From: an uncultured Acidobacteriota bacterium
GTDB lineage: Bacteria > Acidobacteriota > Thermoanaerobaculia > Multivoradales > UBA5704
Length of the DNA stretch: 64,000 nt
Reading direction: 5' to 3'
Assembly: GCA_963700145.1 (NCBI GenBank)
Contig: OY969474.1
Location: forward strand, 3,264,001 to 3,328,000
Shown: in pieces, positions 28,384 through 37,920 of the stretch
Position numbering within the stretch: the first letter of the stretch is position 1
Layout: each line of letters opens with the position of its first letter
Program-made: the position numbers and the translations under genes
The notes under the pieces: model-generated
The model's database searches: none
What the model was told of the DNA's origin: nothing
What the model saw: only the letters and a program-made list of their open reading frames with translations

Positions 28384-30837
28384 ATGGATCGCAAGCGCGT
28401 TCTGCTGCTCAGCGCCGTCCTGCTCCTGGCCGCCGGCTTCGCGGTAGCCCAGGACACCGGGCGCATCGAAGGCCGCGTCACCCGCAACGACGGCACCCCG
28501 CTGGGCGGCGTCCTGGTGCGCATCGACACGAGCGACCAGGTCGAGCTGACCGGCCCCGACGGGCGGTTCGCCTTCAACGCCGTCCCCGCCGGCACCTACA
28601 CCCTCAACTTCGAGCTGCTGGACCGCACCGACAGCCAAGCGGGCGTCGAGGTCACGGCGGGCGGGACCGCCGAGGTCGACAAGACCGTCGACTGGGACAT
28701 CTCCTTCGCCGAGACGATCACCGTCACCTCGGCCTCCCGCCGCGCCGAGCGGATCACCGAGGCGCCGGCCGCGGTGACCGTCGTCACCGAGCAGGAGATC
28801 GAGCGCGAGGCCGCCCACGGGCAGCTGCCGAAGCTGCTCGAGTTCACCCCCGGGGCGGAGGTGACGCAGAGTGGCGTCTACGACTTCAACTTCAACACCC
28901 GCGGCCTCAACAGCTCGCTCAACCGCCGCGTCGTCACCCTGATCGACGGCCGCGACCCGTCGGTGCCCTTCCTCGGCGCCCAGGAGTGGGCGGCGATCTC
29001 CTTCCCGCTCGACGACCTGGCGAGCGCCGAGCTGGTGCGCGGGCCGAGCTCCGCGCTCTACGGCGCCAACGCCTACAACGGCGTGCTCAACCTGACGACC
29101 AAGCAGCCGCGCTACAGCCAGGGCGGCGAGGTGCGGCTGACCGCCGGCGAGCTGTCGACGACCAACGCCGACTTCCGCTGGGCGACGGCGCTGGGCGGCG
29201 ACTTCTACTTGAAGCTCCTCGGCGGCTACCACGCCAGCGGGGACTACTCGGTCTCGCGCAACGTCCGTCCCGAGTACGCGGTCTTCTGCACCGCCTCCGG
29301 GCAGGAGGACTGCCTGCCGCGCGAGCGCATCCCCCTGGTCATCCAGGACGATGACGAGATCAAGTTCGCCGGCATCCGCCTCGACAAGTACCTCGACAGC
29401 GGCAGCTTCTTCACCCTCGAAGGCGGCCAGGCCGACCTCGAGGGCCCGGTGTTCCAGACCGGCATCGGACGGGTGCAGCTCACCGACGTCACCCGCCCCT
29501 GGGCGCGCTTCAACTTCACCTCCACCCACTGGAACCTGCTCGGTACCTGGAACCGGCGCGACGCCAACGACCAGCGCGCGCTGGCCTCGGGCGCCCCGCT
29601 CTACCTCGACGACAAGAACTGGGGGGTCGAGCTGCAGGGCAACAGCGAGTTCCTGGGCGGCCGGGCGCGCGCCGTCGGCGGCCTCTCCTACGGCGAGGAG
29701 ACGATCGACAGCGCCAACCCCCAGGGCCGGCAGACCCTGGTCTTCCGCCCGATCGAGGCCGACATGTCGGCCGCGTACGCGCAGGTCGACTTCGACCTGA
29801 CCGACGCCCTCAAGCTGGTCCTGGCCGGCCGCTACGACGAGAGCACGCTCCACGACTCGCAGTTCTCGCCCAAGGCGTCGCTGGTCTGGGGCCTCAACCC
29901 CAACCACACCCTGCGCTTCACCTACAACGAGGCCTTCCAGGTCGCCAACTACTCGGAGTTCTTCCTCCAGGCGCAGACGACGATCCCGGGGACGACGACC
30001 GCCGCGCTCAACCTGTCGCCGATCGAGGCGGCGCTGCGCCGGGCTATCCCGACGCTGCCACAACTCGGCTTCGGCAACATCCCGGTCATGGCGCTCGGCA
30101 ACGAGGACCTCGAGGTCGAGGAGATCAAGAGCTGGGAGGTGGGCTACAGCGCCATCCTGGGCCGTCGCTCCTACCTGACGATCGACTACTACAACAGCAA
30201 GCTCAACAACTTCATCACCGACCTGCTGCCGAACCTCGGCTCGCTCGGGCGCCTGAACACCAACTTCGGGCCCTACGCGCCGCCGTCGTCGCTGCCGCTC
30301 CCGGTGCAGACGGCGATCATCAACGCCCTGCGCGCCAACCTGCCGCCGACGCTCTTCCCCTTCCTGTCGAACAACCTCGACGGGGCGCCGATCGTCGCCC
30401 TCGCCTCCTACACCAACTTCGGCGAGGTCAACACCCAGGGCATCGACTTCGCGCTCAACACGACGCTCCGCCCGAACTGGGTGCTCGACGTCGGCTACTC
30501 CTGGTTCGACTTCGAGGTCGAGCGCGACATCCCGGGCGACCCGCTGCAGGCCAACGCGCCGGAGAACCAGTTCAAGACCGGTCTCTCCTACCTCGGCCAG
30601 GCGCTGGACGCATCGGTCAAGTTCCGCTGGGTCGACGAGTTCGAGTGGTTCGTGGGTCCCTTCCGCGGCACCGTGGAGTCGTACGAGGTGGTGGACATCT
30701 CGGCGAACTACCACATCAACGACCACGTCGCGGTGGGGGCACAGGTCGCCAACCTCTTCGACAACGTGCACAACGAGGCCTGGGGCGGCGACCTCCTGGA
30801 GCGCCGCGCCCTCGGGCACGTCTCGTTCAGCTGGTAG
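28384..30837 (+). CDS. TonB-dependent receptor with N-terminal carboxypeptidase-regulatory-like domain
   Basis: GGAGG RBS, signal peptide, ETITVTSASR, LIDG, ELVRGPSSALYGANA..GV.N, NLFD, terminal FSW. Confidence 0.93.
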   Translation: MDRKRVLLLSAVLLLAAGFAVAQDTGRIEGRVTRNDGTPLGGVLVRIDTSDQVELTGPDGRFAFNAVPAGTYTLNFELLDRTDSQAGVEVTAGGTAEVDKTVDWDISFAETITVTSASRRAERITEAPAAVTVVTEQEIEREAAHGQLPKLLEFTPGAEVTQSGVYDFNFNTRGLNSSLNRRVVTLIDGRDPSVPFLGAQEWAAISFPLDDLASAELVRGPSSALYGANAYNGVLNLTTKQPRYSQGGEVRLTAGELSTTNADFRWATALGGDFYLKLLGGYHASGDYSVSRNVRPEYAVFCTASGQEDCLPRERIPLVIQDDDEIKFAGIRLDKYLDSGSFFTLEGGQADLEGPVFQTGIGRVQLTDVTRPWARFNFTSTHWNLLGTWNRRDANDQRALASGAPLYLDDKNWGVELQGNSEFLGGRARAVGGLSYGEETIDSANPQGRQTLVFRPIEADMSAAYAQVDFDLTDALKLVLAGRYDESTLHDSQFSPKASLVWGLNPNHTLRFTYNEAFQVANYSEFFLQAQTTIPGTTTAALNLSPIEAALRRAIPTLPQLGFGNIPVMALGNEDLEVEEIKSWEVGYSAILGRRSYLTIDYYNSKLNNFITDLLPNLGSLGRLNTNFGPYAPPSSLPLPVQTAIINALRANLPPTLFPFLSNNLDGAPIVALASYTNFGEVNTQGIDFALNTTLRPNWVLDVGYSWFDFEVERDIPGDPLQANAPENQFKTGLSYLGQALDASVKFRWVDEFEWFVGPFRGTVESYEVVDISANYHINDHVAVGAQVANLFDNVHNEAWGGDLLERRALGHVSFSW

Positions 30838-30869
30838 ACGGCCAGGGGCGGAGGAGAGGGATCCTTTGA

Positions 30870-30906
30870 GGGGCGGCGGGAGAGGAATCCCGCCGCCCCG
30901 TCTTTC
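30870..30906 (+). terminator. Rho-independent terminator
   Basis: ggggcggcggga-6 nt-tcccgccgcccc followed by gtctttc. Confidence 0.7.
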
Positions 30907-31036
30907 AGTGAGGCGGTTGGTTATTACCCGACAGTGAGCGGTGATCGCCCTTGTCCCAGCCGGGCTCCCGCCACCGGGTGCCGGCCAGTCCGAACGACAG
31001 CCCCATTCTTCAAGCGGCTTTGGCGGCAGGCGCAGA

Positions 31037-31261
31037 TCAGAGAAGCTCTTTGAGCTGTTCGGCCGTCAAGCCAGCAGCATCGAGGATGGCCGCCAGCATG
31101 CCGGTGTCGAGGCTGGAATGTGCGGGAACGACGACCTGGGCGAAAGGCTCGTCACGACGAAGCACCATGTGACTGCCCTTCTGTCGCTTCAAGTAAAAGC
31201 CGGCCCGCTCGAGCGCGCGACGCACCTGCTGCCCCGAGAGACCCCGGGGAAGCTTGCTCAA
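31037..31261 (-). CDS. hicA: HicA-family mRNA interferase toxin
   Basis: TTG start overlapping the hicB stop; LERAGF..RQKGSH..VVVP.H..L..G.L.AIL. Confidence 0.88.
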   Translation of the reverse strand: MSKLPRGLSGQQVRRALERAGFYLKRQKGSHMVLRRDEPFAQVVVPAHSSLDTGMLAAILDAAGLTAEQLKELL

Positions 31262-31479
31262 CGCGCCGAGACCTCGATCTCGACCGTCTCGCGTCCCTCC
31301 TCGACGGGGACCGGAAGGCCGTCTTCGAGCAGCGCTTCGATATAGACCTCGACCGCCTCGCGGATGTTCCCGAGCGCCTCTTGCCTGCTGTTGCCTTGGC
31401 TTACACAACCTGGCAGGGCAGGGCAGATGGCGACGAACCCGCCCTCTCGGCCTTCCTCCAGAATCACGGTATAGCGCAA
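31258..31479 (-). CDS. hicB: HicB-family antitoxin (short form)
   Basis: AAGGAG RBS plus TTG; YTVILE..GGF..CPALPGCVSQG...EAL.NIREA. Confidence 0.88.
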   Translation of the reverse strand: MRYTVILEEGREGGFVAICPALPGCVSQGNSRQEALGNIREAVEVYIEALLEDGLPVPVEEGRETVEIEVSAR

Positions 31480-31502
31480 GTTTTCGCTCCTTGCTCGCTC
31501 CG

Positions 31503-31730
31503 TCATCGAAGGCGATCCTCTCCTTCCAGCGCGCCCGCCCAGTCTCCGAGGCCCTGCTTCGCCAGCGCGAGGTCCTCTCCCTCCCCGGTCGTCGCGAGGC
31601 GCTGAAGGTCCCACCGGCTCGGGTCCGGGCGCCGGACGACGATCAGCCCGACCCGCTCGCCGGGCCGAAGCGCAAGGGGCTCCGTCGGCTTGAGTAGACC
31701 CTCCTCATACCTGGCTTCCACGAGTCGCAT
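31503..31730 (-). CDS. AF2212/DUF104-like antitoxin (orphan)
   Basis: VEARYEEGLLKP.EPL.L..GERV. Confidence 0.7.
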   Translation of the reverse strand: MRLVEARYEEGLLKPTEPLALRPGERVGLIVVRRPDPSRWDLQRLATTGEGEDLALAKQGLGDWAGALEGEDRLR

Positions 31731-31747
31731 GACGCGATGCTAGCATC

Positions 31748-31930
31748 ACGTTCCGCGCCTTTTCGCTCCCCAAACCGACCAGTCCCGAGCCCGACGAGCG
31801 GCGCGAGCGCATCTGCTGCCGCAGCCGCGGCTACCGCAATCTGGTCCCGGACTTCGGCATCTCCGGCCACTGGCTCCAGCGCGCCGGCTTCGACCGCGGG
31901 CAGCACTACGAGATCGAGGTGCGGGCGGGG
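31748..31930 (+). pseudogene. Decayed copy of the SymE-like gene at 32598-32882
   Basis: Near-identical blocks (gcatctccggccactggctccagcgcgccggcttcgaccgcgggcagcacta) with an internal deletion and no start. Confidence 0.85.
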
Positions 31931-32079
31931 TAGAAATCGCTCCTCGGCGCGTCCGGCGGCATCTCACCGTGATGAGGCCGCGCGTTGTACCGTATTCTAA
32001 GCTTCCGTACTAATATGACGGTGGTCGTGCTTGCGCCGCTGCCTTCTCCGCTGACTCGCGAGGAATAAGGAAAGCTTCT

Positions 32080-32454
32080 ATGGCCGACAGCGCCAATACC
32101 AAGAAACTGCTTGACAGCCTCGACCTAACGAGGCGGGAAGAGGGCTTGCTGAGACACATCGCCTCCTTGGGGTATCCGGAGCCGAGAGGTCGTCTGGGTC
32201 GCCTTTTCAACCGCCCTCTGCATGGCTTGATAGAACTTCTGGCCGCCCTTGTCTTCGTGGTGGCCCTGGCATGTTCCGTAGCTTATTTGGTGTGGAAGGT
32301 GCCTCCTTTTATCCTCAACCTTCTGGACCGCATAGACCTTCCTCTCATTATCTTACTATACTTCATTTTCGGTAGGAGCTACGAGCGGCTCATTCGGAAG
32401 CTATACCGGGCTCTCGAAGCAAGAACCTCCACCGAATCCGACGCCGGACGTTGA
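32080..32454 (+). CDS. Hypothetical two-TM membrane protein, lower GC
   Basis: AAGGA RBS; 124 aa; two hydrophobic segments. Confidence 0.6.
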   Translation: MADSANTKKLLDSLDLTRREEGLLRHIASLGYPEPRGRLGRLFNRPLHGLIELLAALVFVVALACSVAYLVWKVPPFILNLLDRIDLPLIILLYFIFGRSYERLIRKLYRALEARTSTESDAGR

Positions 32455-32597
32455 CGCGCAGCTGAGGCGTAAGTAGACTTCAGAAGTGTAAGGGAGTGCG
32501 TGCAGCCGGCCCGGTTTGCCCCGAGCCGAGATCGATAAGCGGGCGCGGCAGAGGTTGGCCCCTCTGCCGGCCCTGGCCCACACAGGAGCATGACCTC

Positions 32598-32882
32598 ATG
32601 CGTGGACGTGCCAGTCATTCTACGTCGCCGGACCTTTCCGCCCCCCAACCCGACCAGCTCCCCCAGCCCGACGAATGGCGCGAGCGCAAGCTCGCCCGCG
32701 CCGCGGCCGCCCGAGCGAAAGGCCACCGCTTCGGCACCATCTGCTGCCGCATGCGCGGCTATCGCAATCTGGTTCCGGACCTCCGCATCTCCGGCCACTG
32801 GCTCCAGCGCGCCGGCTTCGACCGCGGGCAGCACTATGAGATCGAGGTCCGGGCGGGGCGGCTTACGATCCGAGCTGTGTAA
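32598..32882 (+). CDS. symE: SymE-family (type I TA) toxin-like protein
   Basis: VPDLRISGHWL.RAGF..G..Y.IEV..G.L.I pattern. Confidence 0.72.
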   Translation: MRGRASHSTSPDLSAPQPDQLPQPDEWRERKLARAAAARAKGHRFGTICCRMRGYRNLVPDLRISGHWLQRAGFDRGQHYEIEVRAGRLTIRAV

Positions 32883-32990
32883 GGCCTGCTGTACGCAGGT
32901 TGGAATCTCCCTGCGGACTGTCGCAGGAGATGCCCGCGCGAGGAAGTGCCCCGGGGGACTGCCCACGCCTCCAAAGCCGATTTGTAATGG

Positions 32991-33815
32991 CTAATTGTTG
33001 GCAGCCAATGCGTAATGAGGCCACTCGTCGCCGAAAAGTGGCTTTATGTTCCACGCCTGCAGAAATCCAGCCAGTTCTTTCGCTTGAATGACAAATAGGC
33101 TGCGCTCCTTCCGTAGGTTAGCCTCTCCGAGATCGCTACCGCGGTTTTTCGTACTAAGGTTCTGCGCCATTCCCTTCCGGAAACGTAAATGCGGTACGCG
33201 AGTGAAATCTGCCGTCTCTAAGCGGCCGCGCTCAACGCTAACTGAAGATGACGTAAAGAGGCAAACATTGAGCTCTGCTGCTGTGACTACAGCTGGCAAA
33301 TAGATCCGACGGTTGGCACTTGATATCTCGGCGGCGAGACGTGCCTCCTCAAATGCGAGAGCCTCTACTGATTGGATCAGCTCCCCGGCCATTCGCTCCA
33401 ACATGGGCTCCTTCGCACTTTGACCCTGGGCGATACAGAACATAGATTCATGCGACTGGGGGCTGGCGTTAAGGTCACACCAATCATAGCCCTGGAAGCT
33501 TCCTTGTCCTGCGAATACCGTACAGAAGGAACGGACGCGTGTCATCTCCTTAATGTTGGAGTCTGGTACGAGAAAAAGCCATGACGATTCTGCCGCGCGC
33601 TTGCACTCTATGACGAGCCGAACCATGCCGTATCCTGCAACAATATCTATATATCCACTCCTTCCTGAGGCAGGGTGCTCCCAGTGGTGCTCGCGTGTGA
33701 TTATCTGCCAACCGGACTTCGAAGCGCTCCTTGAGATCTCTTGTTCAACTCGGAGTTGAAACGGGAAACCCGACGAATTCAATTGCTGAACCAAAGGATG
33801 CTTCGGGTGTGTCAT
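32991..33815 (-). CDS. PD-(D/E)xK nuclease-like protein
   Basis: SGFPFQ..V, ID.V..LVIECK motif; lower GC. Confidence 0.6.
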   Translation of the reverse strand: MTHPKHPLVQQLNSSGFPFQLRVEQEISRSASKSGWQIITREHHWEHPASGRSGYIDIVAGYGMVRLVIECKRAAESSWLFLVPDSNIKEMTRVRSFCTVFAGQGSFQGYDWCDLNASPQSHESMFCIAQGQSAKEPMLERMAGELIQSVEALAFEEARLAAEISSANRRIYLPAVVTAAELNVCLFTSSSVSVERGRLETADFTRVPHLRFRKGMAQNLSTKNRGSDLGEANLRKERSLFVIQAKELAGFLQAWNIKPLFGDEWPHYALAANN

Positions 33816-33848
33816 CGCGGATCTGACCTCACATCTCAATATACTTGG

Positions 33849-34728
33849 CTAGGCTCCGCCTTCGTCCCTAATTGGTCGCGGCTTTGGAAGAAGGCGGGAG
33901 ACTGCTTGGCGAAGCTCCTGGTGATCCTTGGTGGCCTGCGCCAACCGATCGGCAAGATCAGTGAGGACCACACGGATGCTGGTAGCTAGCTCAAGACACT
34001 CTTCATCCGTTCTGGCGTGAAGGCCTTCACTAAGAGCTCGATGCAGGAGCGTCAGTGGACTATGGGTGTCGATCCGAAGGGCCTGCGGTACAGCATCTTT
34101 TACCAGGTCAACGGCCTTTGAAAATTGCGCCTCGCTCTTAGCTTGCTCAAGCAAGTCAATCACAGCCGCATCAGTACCGACGCGTTGGCTGACACGGATG
34201 ATTTCGTCAAGAAGTCGATTCTTCTGATTCTCCACAACTCGCCGGTAATAGGCGAATGATCCTAGGCCCATCCCCTGTGATTCCGCCCGTCGGCCTGCAA
34301 GGAAGAGGTCGCGATCAGGTCCAATCAGTGAGATGACGCGCGAAGGGACGTGTGGTCCGAGCGGAGGGTACTCGCCGACCTTCAATGCGTGTCCCCCAGT
34401 CGCAAAGCTAGTCTCAGTGCTTTCGTCACGCCTTACTTGGACGGCATAAACCTTAGGACTCTTCTGGCAGTTGCGGCAATGATAATGTAAATGGGTGGCC
34501 GCCATAGGCAGGCAGAATGGGGTTCGCAACCGCCTTGCCCAAGAAAAATCGAATACCGTCGCACGTGGGATGGGAGCAATACAGTTCGAGGTCAGGAGTT
34601 AGGAATTCCCAAGGAAACTCTTTGCCTCGTCGGGAGGCCAGACCCGAGACAGCTTGCCACCTCCCCGGCGGACTCTGTTCAAGAAACTCCTTCCAGGGTC
34701 TAGGCGTTGGGTTCGCTGGAGCGTTCAT
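33849..34728 (-). pseudogene. Zn-ribbon plus DUF4145/HEPN-like protein, frameshifted near 34490-34530
   Basis: N-terminal ORF 34453-34728 (KEFLE..CSHPTC) and C-terminal ORF 33849-34529 (CRNC..FAYYRRVVE..LSEGLH..DEECL) overlap in different frames; span is 880 nt. Confidence 0.6.
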
Positions 34729-35089
34729 ACCTTTGTGAGACAGTAGGGGCGAGGCTTGTTGCTCAGTCTCTAGTGGCTTGCAGCCTCGTCAACGGCCTCA
34801 CGATCGCCTAAGCCGGCAAGGGCGATCTTCGACGACCATCCGGCCATATCCTAACTCTCTGGCGCCATAGTACGCCTTACATGCGCTGCCGAACACGACC
34901 TTGGGCTCGGCCTGCGGCTGCTACGAATTTCCGCCAGCGCCACCCGCTTGGGTGGTCGGAGCATCAGCTGTCTTGAGGTTGGCGCGAGAAGGTCCTGCCA
35001 TCGTGAGCATCCTGCTCCTCCGCAGCGCCCCGCAGTCCCAGTGCCACGTCGGCCCTTGATCTGGCACCTCCAAGTGCATCCACCAGCCC

Positions 35090-35306
35090 TTCTCTTCAGC
35101 CGCATGAACTCTGGATAACTCGGAATGTGATCGAACGCGACGAGCAGGTCGACGTCACTCGCCGTGGATGCTTCGTTGCGGGCGACCGAACCGAAGAGGC
35201 GAAGGGACTTGACGCCGAGCTCCGCGAGCCGGGAGCGGTGCTGAGAGAGAGCGGTCAAAACCTCTTCGCGGCGCGTGATAGCTCCAGTCGCCGAGATCTT
35301 AGCCAA
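35090..35306 (-). pseudogene. Truncated MNT (minimal nucleotidyltransferase) antitoxin
   Basis: GVKSLRLFGSVAR.EA...SDVDLLV.F; homology is lost after FMRLK; no HEPN partner follows. Confidence 0.7.
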
Positions 35307-35364
35307 TTCCTCCCAGGCTGTCCGCCGTGGCTTGGCGCGCGCTAGCCGACCGGCGCTTCTCTAG

Positions 35365-36634
35365 CAGGCCGCTGAGAAACGGCCTTCAACGGCGGGTGCG
35401 AGGCTGACAGCGATCTGGGAGCGGGCGATGTCGCGTGCGCGGGTGGAAGGGGAGGGCAACAGGCGCCTTGTGGGCGCGTTTGAGCGCCGCTGGTTTTGCT
35501 GGGCAGGACCTTTTTGGGCTATGCCGGCACGAGCAGGCGACTTAATCGGAGCAGGTTGTACGCTGCGGCGGCGAGGCGGGCGGCCAGCTGCGTCCTCGCC
35601 ACGCCTCGGACCCTGGTCCGGTGCAGCCCTGCGCAGGTCTTGAGCCAGCCGAAGATCGTCTCGATTCGCCGCCGTACGACCTGACTGATCCGGTAGCCGG
35701 GACGGCGCGTTGTTCGCCGGTCGATTGCCGAGCGCCTGCGCCGGTGGGCATTCTGGGTGACGTGGGGGGTGACGCCGAGCTCTCGGCAGGCAGCCACGAA
35801 GCCCTTGGTGTCGTAGCTCTTATCGGCGCCCACCGTCTTGCGCCGCGAGCCTTCGAGCCGCGCGAGCAGACCCAGAGCTTCGCGACGCTCGGCGAACCCA
35901 TCGGCCTGGGCCACCACGAAGTCCACCAACAATCCGTTGCGGTTCTCCATCAGAGCGTGGCCGGAAAACGAGAGCTTCGCCTCGTGCCCATCCCCCTTGC
36001 GGGCCAGGCGCGCTTCCGGGTCGGTCGTCGAGGCGTGCGTCTCGTTGCTCCGCTTCGTCCCCGTGAAATCGCTCCAGCCGTTGGCGTCTCCGCCCGGTGG
36101 CCCGTCCTTGGGCCGGAAGCTCTTCATCGACGCCCAGGCCTCGATCAGCGTCCCATCCACCGAGAAGTGCTCGCTCGACAGCAGCCGCTGCACGCTCGCC
36201 TCAGCCACGATCGCCGCCAAAAACCGCTCGGCCACCTCGTGCCGGATCAGCCGCTCCCGGTTGCGTGAAAACGTGCTCGCGTCAAACGACGGCTCGTCGA
36301 GCTCCAGATCCAAAAACCAGCGAAACAGCAGGTTGTACTCGAGCTGCTCGCAAAACTGCCGGTCGCTCCGCACCGAAAACAGCGCGATCAGCAGCTGCGC
36401 CTTGAGCAGCCGCTCCGGCGGCACCGACGGCCGCCCCGTCTCGGCGTACATCACCGCAAACACCTCACTCAACTGCCCGAGAGCCCGGTCGGCCAGCCCC
36501 TTGATCCGCCGGATCGGATGCGCCGCCGGAATCCGCTCCTCCAACGACCTCACCATCAACAACGTCCTCTGCTCGCGCGCTTTCCCTCGCATGGCCTGCA
36601 AGGGTAGCGCGAACCGGGGTTTTTCAGCAGCCTG
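35365..36634 (-). mobile_element. IS5-family insertion sequence, 1,270 bp
   Basis: TIRs CAGGCCGCTGAGAAAC / CAGGCTGCTGAAAAAC (14/16), flanked by CTAG at 35361-35364 and 36635-36638. Confidence 0.92.
35519..36601 (-). CDS. IS5-family DDE transposase
   Basis: GRPSVPPERLL, YNLLFRWF, SVDGTLI.AWAS, GADKSYD, RRRIE.IFGWLK. Confidence 0.95.
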   Translation of the reverse strand: MQAMRGKAREQRTLLMVRSLEERIPAAHPIRRIKGLADRALGQLSEVFAVMYAETGRPSVPPERLLKAQLLIALFSVRSDRQFCEQLEYNLLFRWFLDLELDEPSFDASTFSRNRERLIRHEVAERFLAAIVAEASVQRLLSSEHFSVDGTLIEAWASMKSFRPKDGPPGGDANGWSDFTGTKRSNETHASTTDPEARLARKGDGHEAKLSFSGHALMENRNGLLVDFVVAQADGFAERREALGLLARLEGSRRKTVGADKSYDTKGFVAACRELGVTPHVTQNAHRRRRSAIDRRTTRRPGYRISQVVRRRIETIFGWLKTCAGLHRTRVRGVARTQLAARLAAAAYNLLRLSRLLVPA

Positions 36635-36663
36635 CTAGAAGACGTTGAGGTGGTGGTCCTTCA

Positions 36664-36900
36664 TCAGCCGATGGGCTGGCTCCTGAGCGGTGGGTGCGGG
36701 GCCGGCCGGTAGCGCGCTTCGGGGATGGGCTTGCCCGTCTCCCGGGCCGCCTCCAGCCAGTTGTGTTTGGCGACCTGGACTTCACGGACCGCCTCTTCCG
36801 CTGTATCGCCGAAGGCGGAGCATGCGAAGAGATCCGGGACGTCGGCGACGTAGCAGTCGTCCTCGTCGCTCCAGAACACGTTGATGTGGTAGTCCTTCAC
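36664..36900 (-). CDS. hicB: HicB-family antitoxin
   Basis: YHINVFWSDED.CYVADVPDL..CSAFG.T.EEA..GKPIPE. Confidence 0.85.
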   Translation of the reverse strand: MKDYHINVFWSDEDDCYVADVPDLFACSAFGDTAEEAVREVQVAKHNWLEAARETGKPIPEARYRPAPHPPLRSQPIG

Positions 36901-37154
36901 CGCTCGTCCTCCATCCTCAAATTGTACTCCTCGATCAGGCTCAGGAACTGCCGCACCTGGTATCCCTTCGCCTCCCCCCTCCGGGGCTGCAGGTTGAGAA
37001 AGCGCGGCACTCGCGGATGCTCGTAGGCGCGGTGGCTGCCCTCCATCCGCTGCAAGCGAAACCCGAACGCCTCAACCAGCCGACAGAAATCCCCGAAGCC
37101 GACGTTCTCGAGGTGTCCTCTGCGCAGCCGCTCCAGGAGAAACCTTCGGTTCAC
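36897..37154 (-). CDS. hicA: HicA-family toxin
   Basis: F.DF..L.EAFGF...R.EGSH..Y.HP..LNLQP..GEAK.YQV.Q.L. Confidence 0.85.
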   Translation of the reverse strand: MNRRFLLERLRRGHLENVGFGDFCRLVEAFGFRLQRMEGSHRAYEHPRVPRFLNLQPRRGEAKGYQVRQFLSLIEEYNLRMEDER

Positions 37155-37267
37155 GCGATCCGTCCTCCTCGGAGGAGGAAGACGGAATTCGAGGCCTCGT
37201 TCTTTGCAGCTCGGAGCTAGGCTAATACCTCTGGTGCTCGACGAACGAGCACAGAAGGAGCTCTGCG

Positions 37268-37528
37268 ATGACCTGGCAGGAAGTCCGCCGTCACCATCCG
37301 CACCAGTGGGTCGTCGTCGAGGCCGTGCAGGCTCGCTCGGAGCAGGGGAGGCGGGAGCTCGACGAGCTGGCCGTGGTGGACGCGTTCGCCGACGGCGAGA
37401 CGGCGGTGCGCGCTTACTTGAGGCTCCACCGGAAGGTGCCGGAGCGCGAGCTCTACGTGCTGCACAGCGATCGGGAAGAGCTGGAGATCACGGAGCGGAC
37501 GTGGTTGGGGCTGCGCACCGCGGAATGA
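37268..37528 (+). CDS. Small conserved-looking hypothetical protein
   Basis: AAGGAG RBS; MTWQEVR..HP.QWVVVEA..ELYVLHS..WLG.R. Confidence 0.6.
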   Translation: MTWQEVRRHHPHQWVVVEAVQARSEQGRRELDELAVVDAFADGETAVRAYLRLHRKVPERELYVLHSDREELEITERTWLGLRTAE

Positions 37529-37641
37529 AGATCCGGCTTGACCGCCAGGAGGGCGCTCGGCGCAAGATCTGGCCTCGTTTTCCGTCTATACCTACGGTGC
37601 CGAGGTTGGGCCTCGGGACCTGCGTTAGGCTGAGGACGACG

Positions 37642-37920
37642 ATGGCCAAGATCTACTCTACACAGGAGGCGAAGGCGCGCTTCGGCGAGGTGCTGCGCCG
37701 CGTCCGCTCTGGAGAGCGGGTGGTGATCTCTCTTCGCGGCGAGCCGATTGCTGAAGTGAGCCCCTATCCACACGCGGACGAGAGCCTCGACGAGAGGTGG
37801 GAGCGTCTCGAGCGGGCGGGGCGGCTGGTTCCAGCTAGTCCCGGGGCGCGCAAGCTGGGTCTTCGACCGATCGTGAAGCGGCCGGGTGCGCTGAAGCGCT
37901 TCCTGGAAACCCGCGATTGA
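37642..37920 (+). CDS. Phd/YefM-family antitoxin
   Basis: YSTQEAKARFGEVLRRV.SGE.VVI..RGEPIAEV; overlaps the PIN gene start. Confidence 0.85.
   Translation: MAKIYSTQEAKARFGEVLRRVRSGERVVISLRGEPIAEVSPYPHADESLDERWERLERAGRLVPASPGARKLGLRPIVKRPGALKRFLETRD

Noticed and set aside
26863..30819. Very long antisense or alternate-frame ORFs (1318 aa here; also 41509-45336, 3883-6489, 3927-6713 and others)
   Set aside because: Shadow ORFs of high-GC genes: Arg/Pro/Gly-rich or mirroring real genes, with no domain motifs.
34453..34529. Programmed ribosomal frameshift
   Set aside because: No recognisable slippery heptamer; mutation or sequencing error is more likely.
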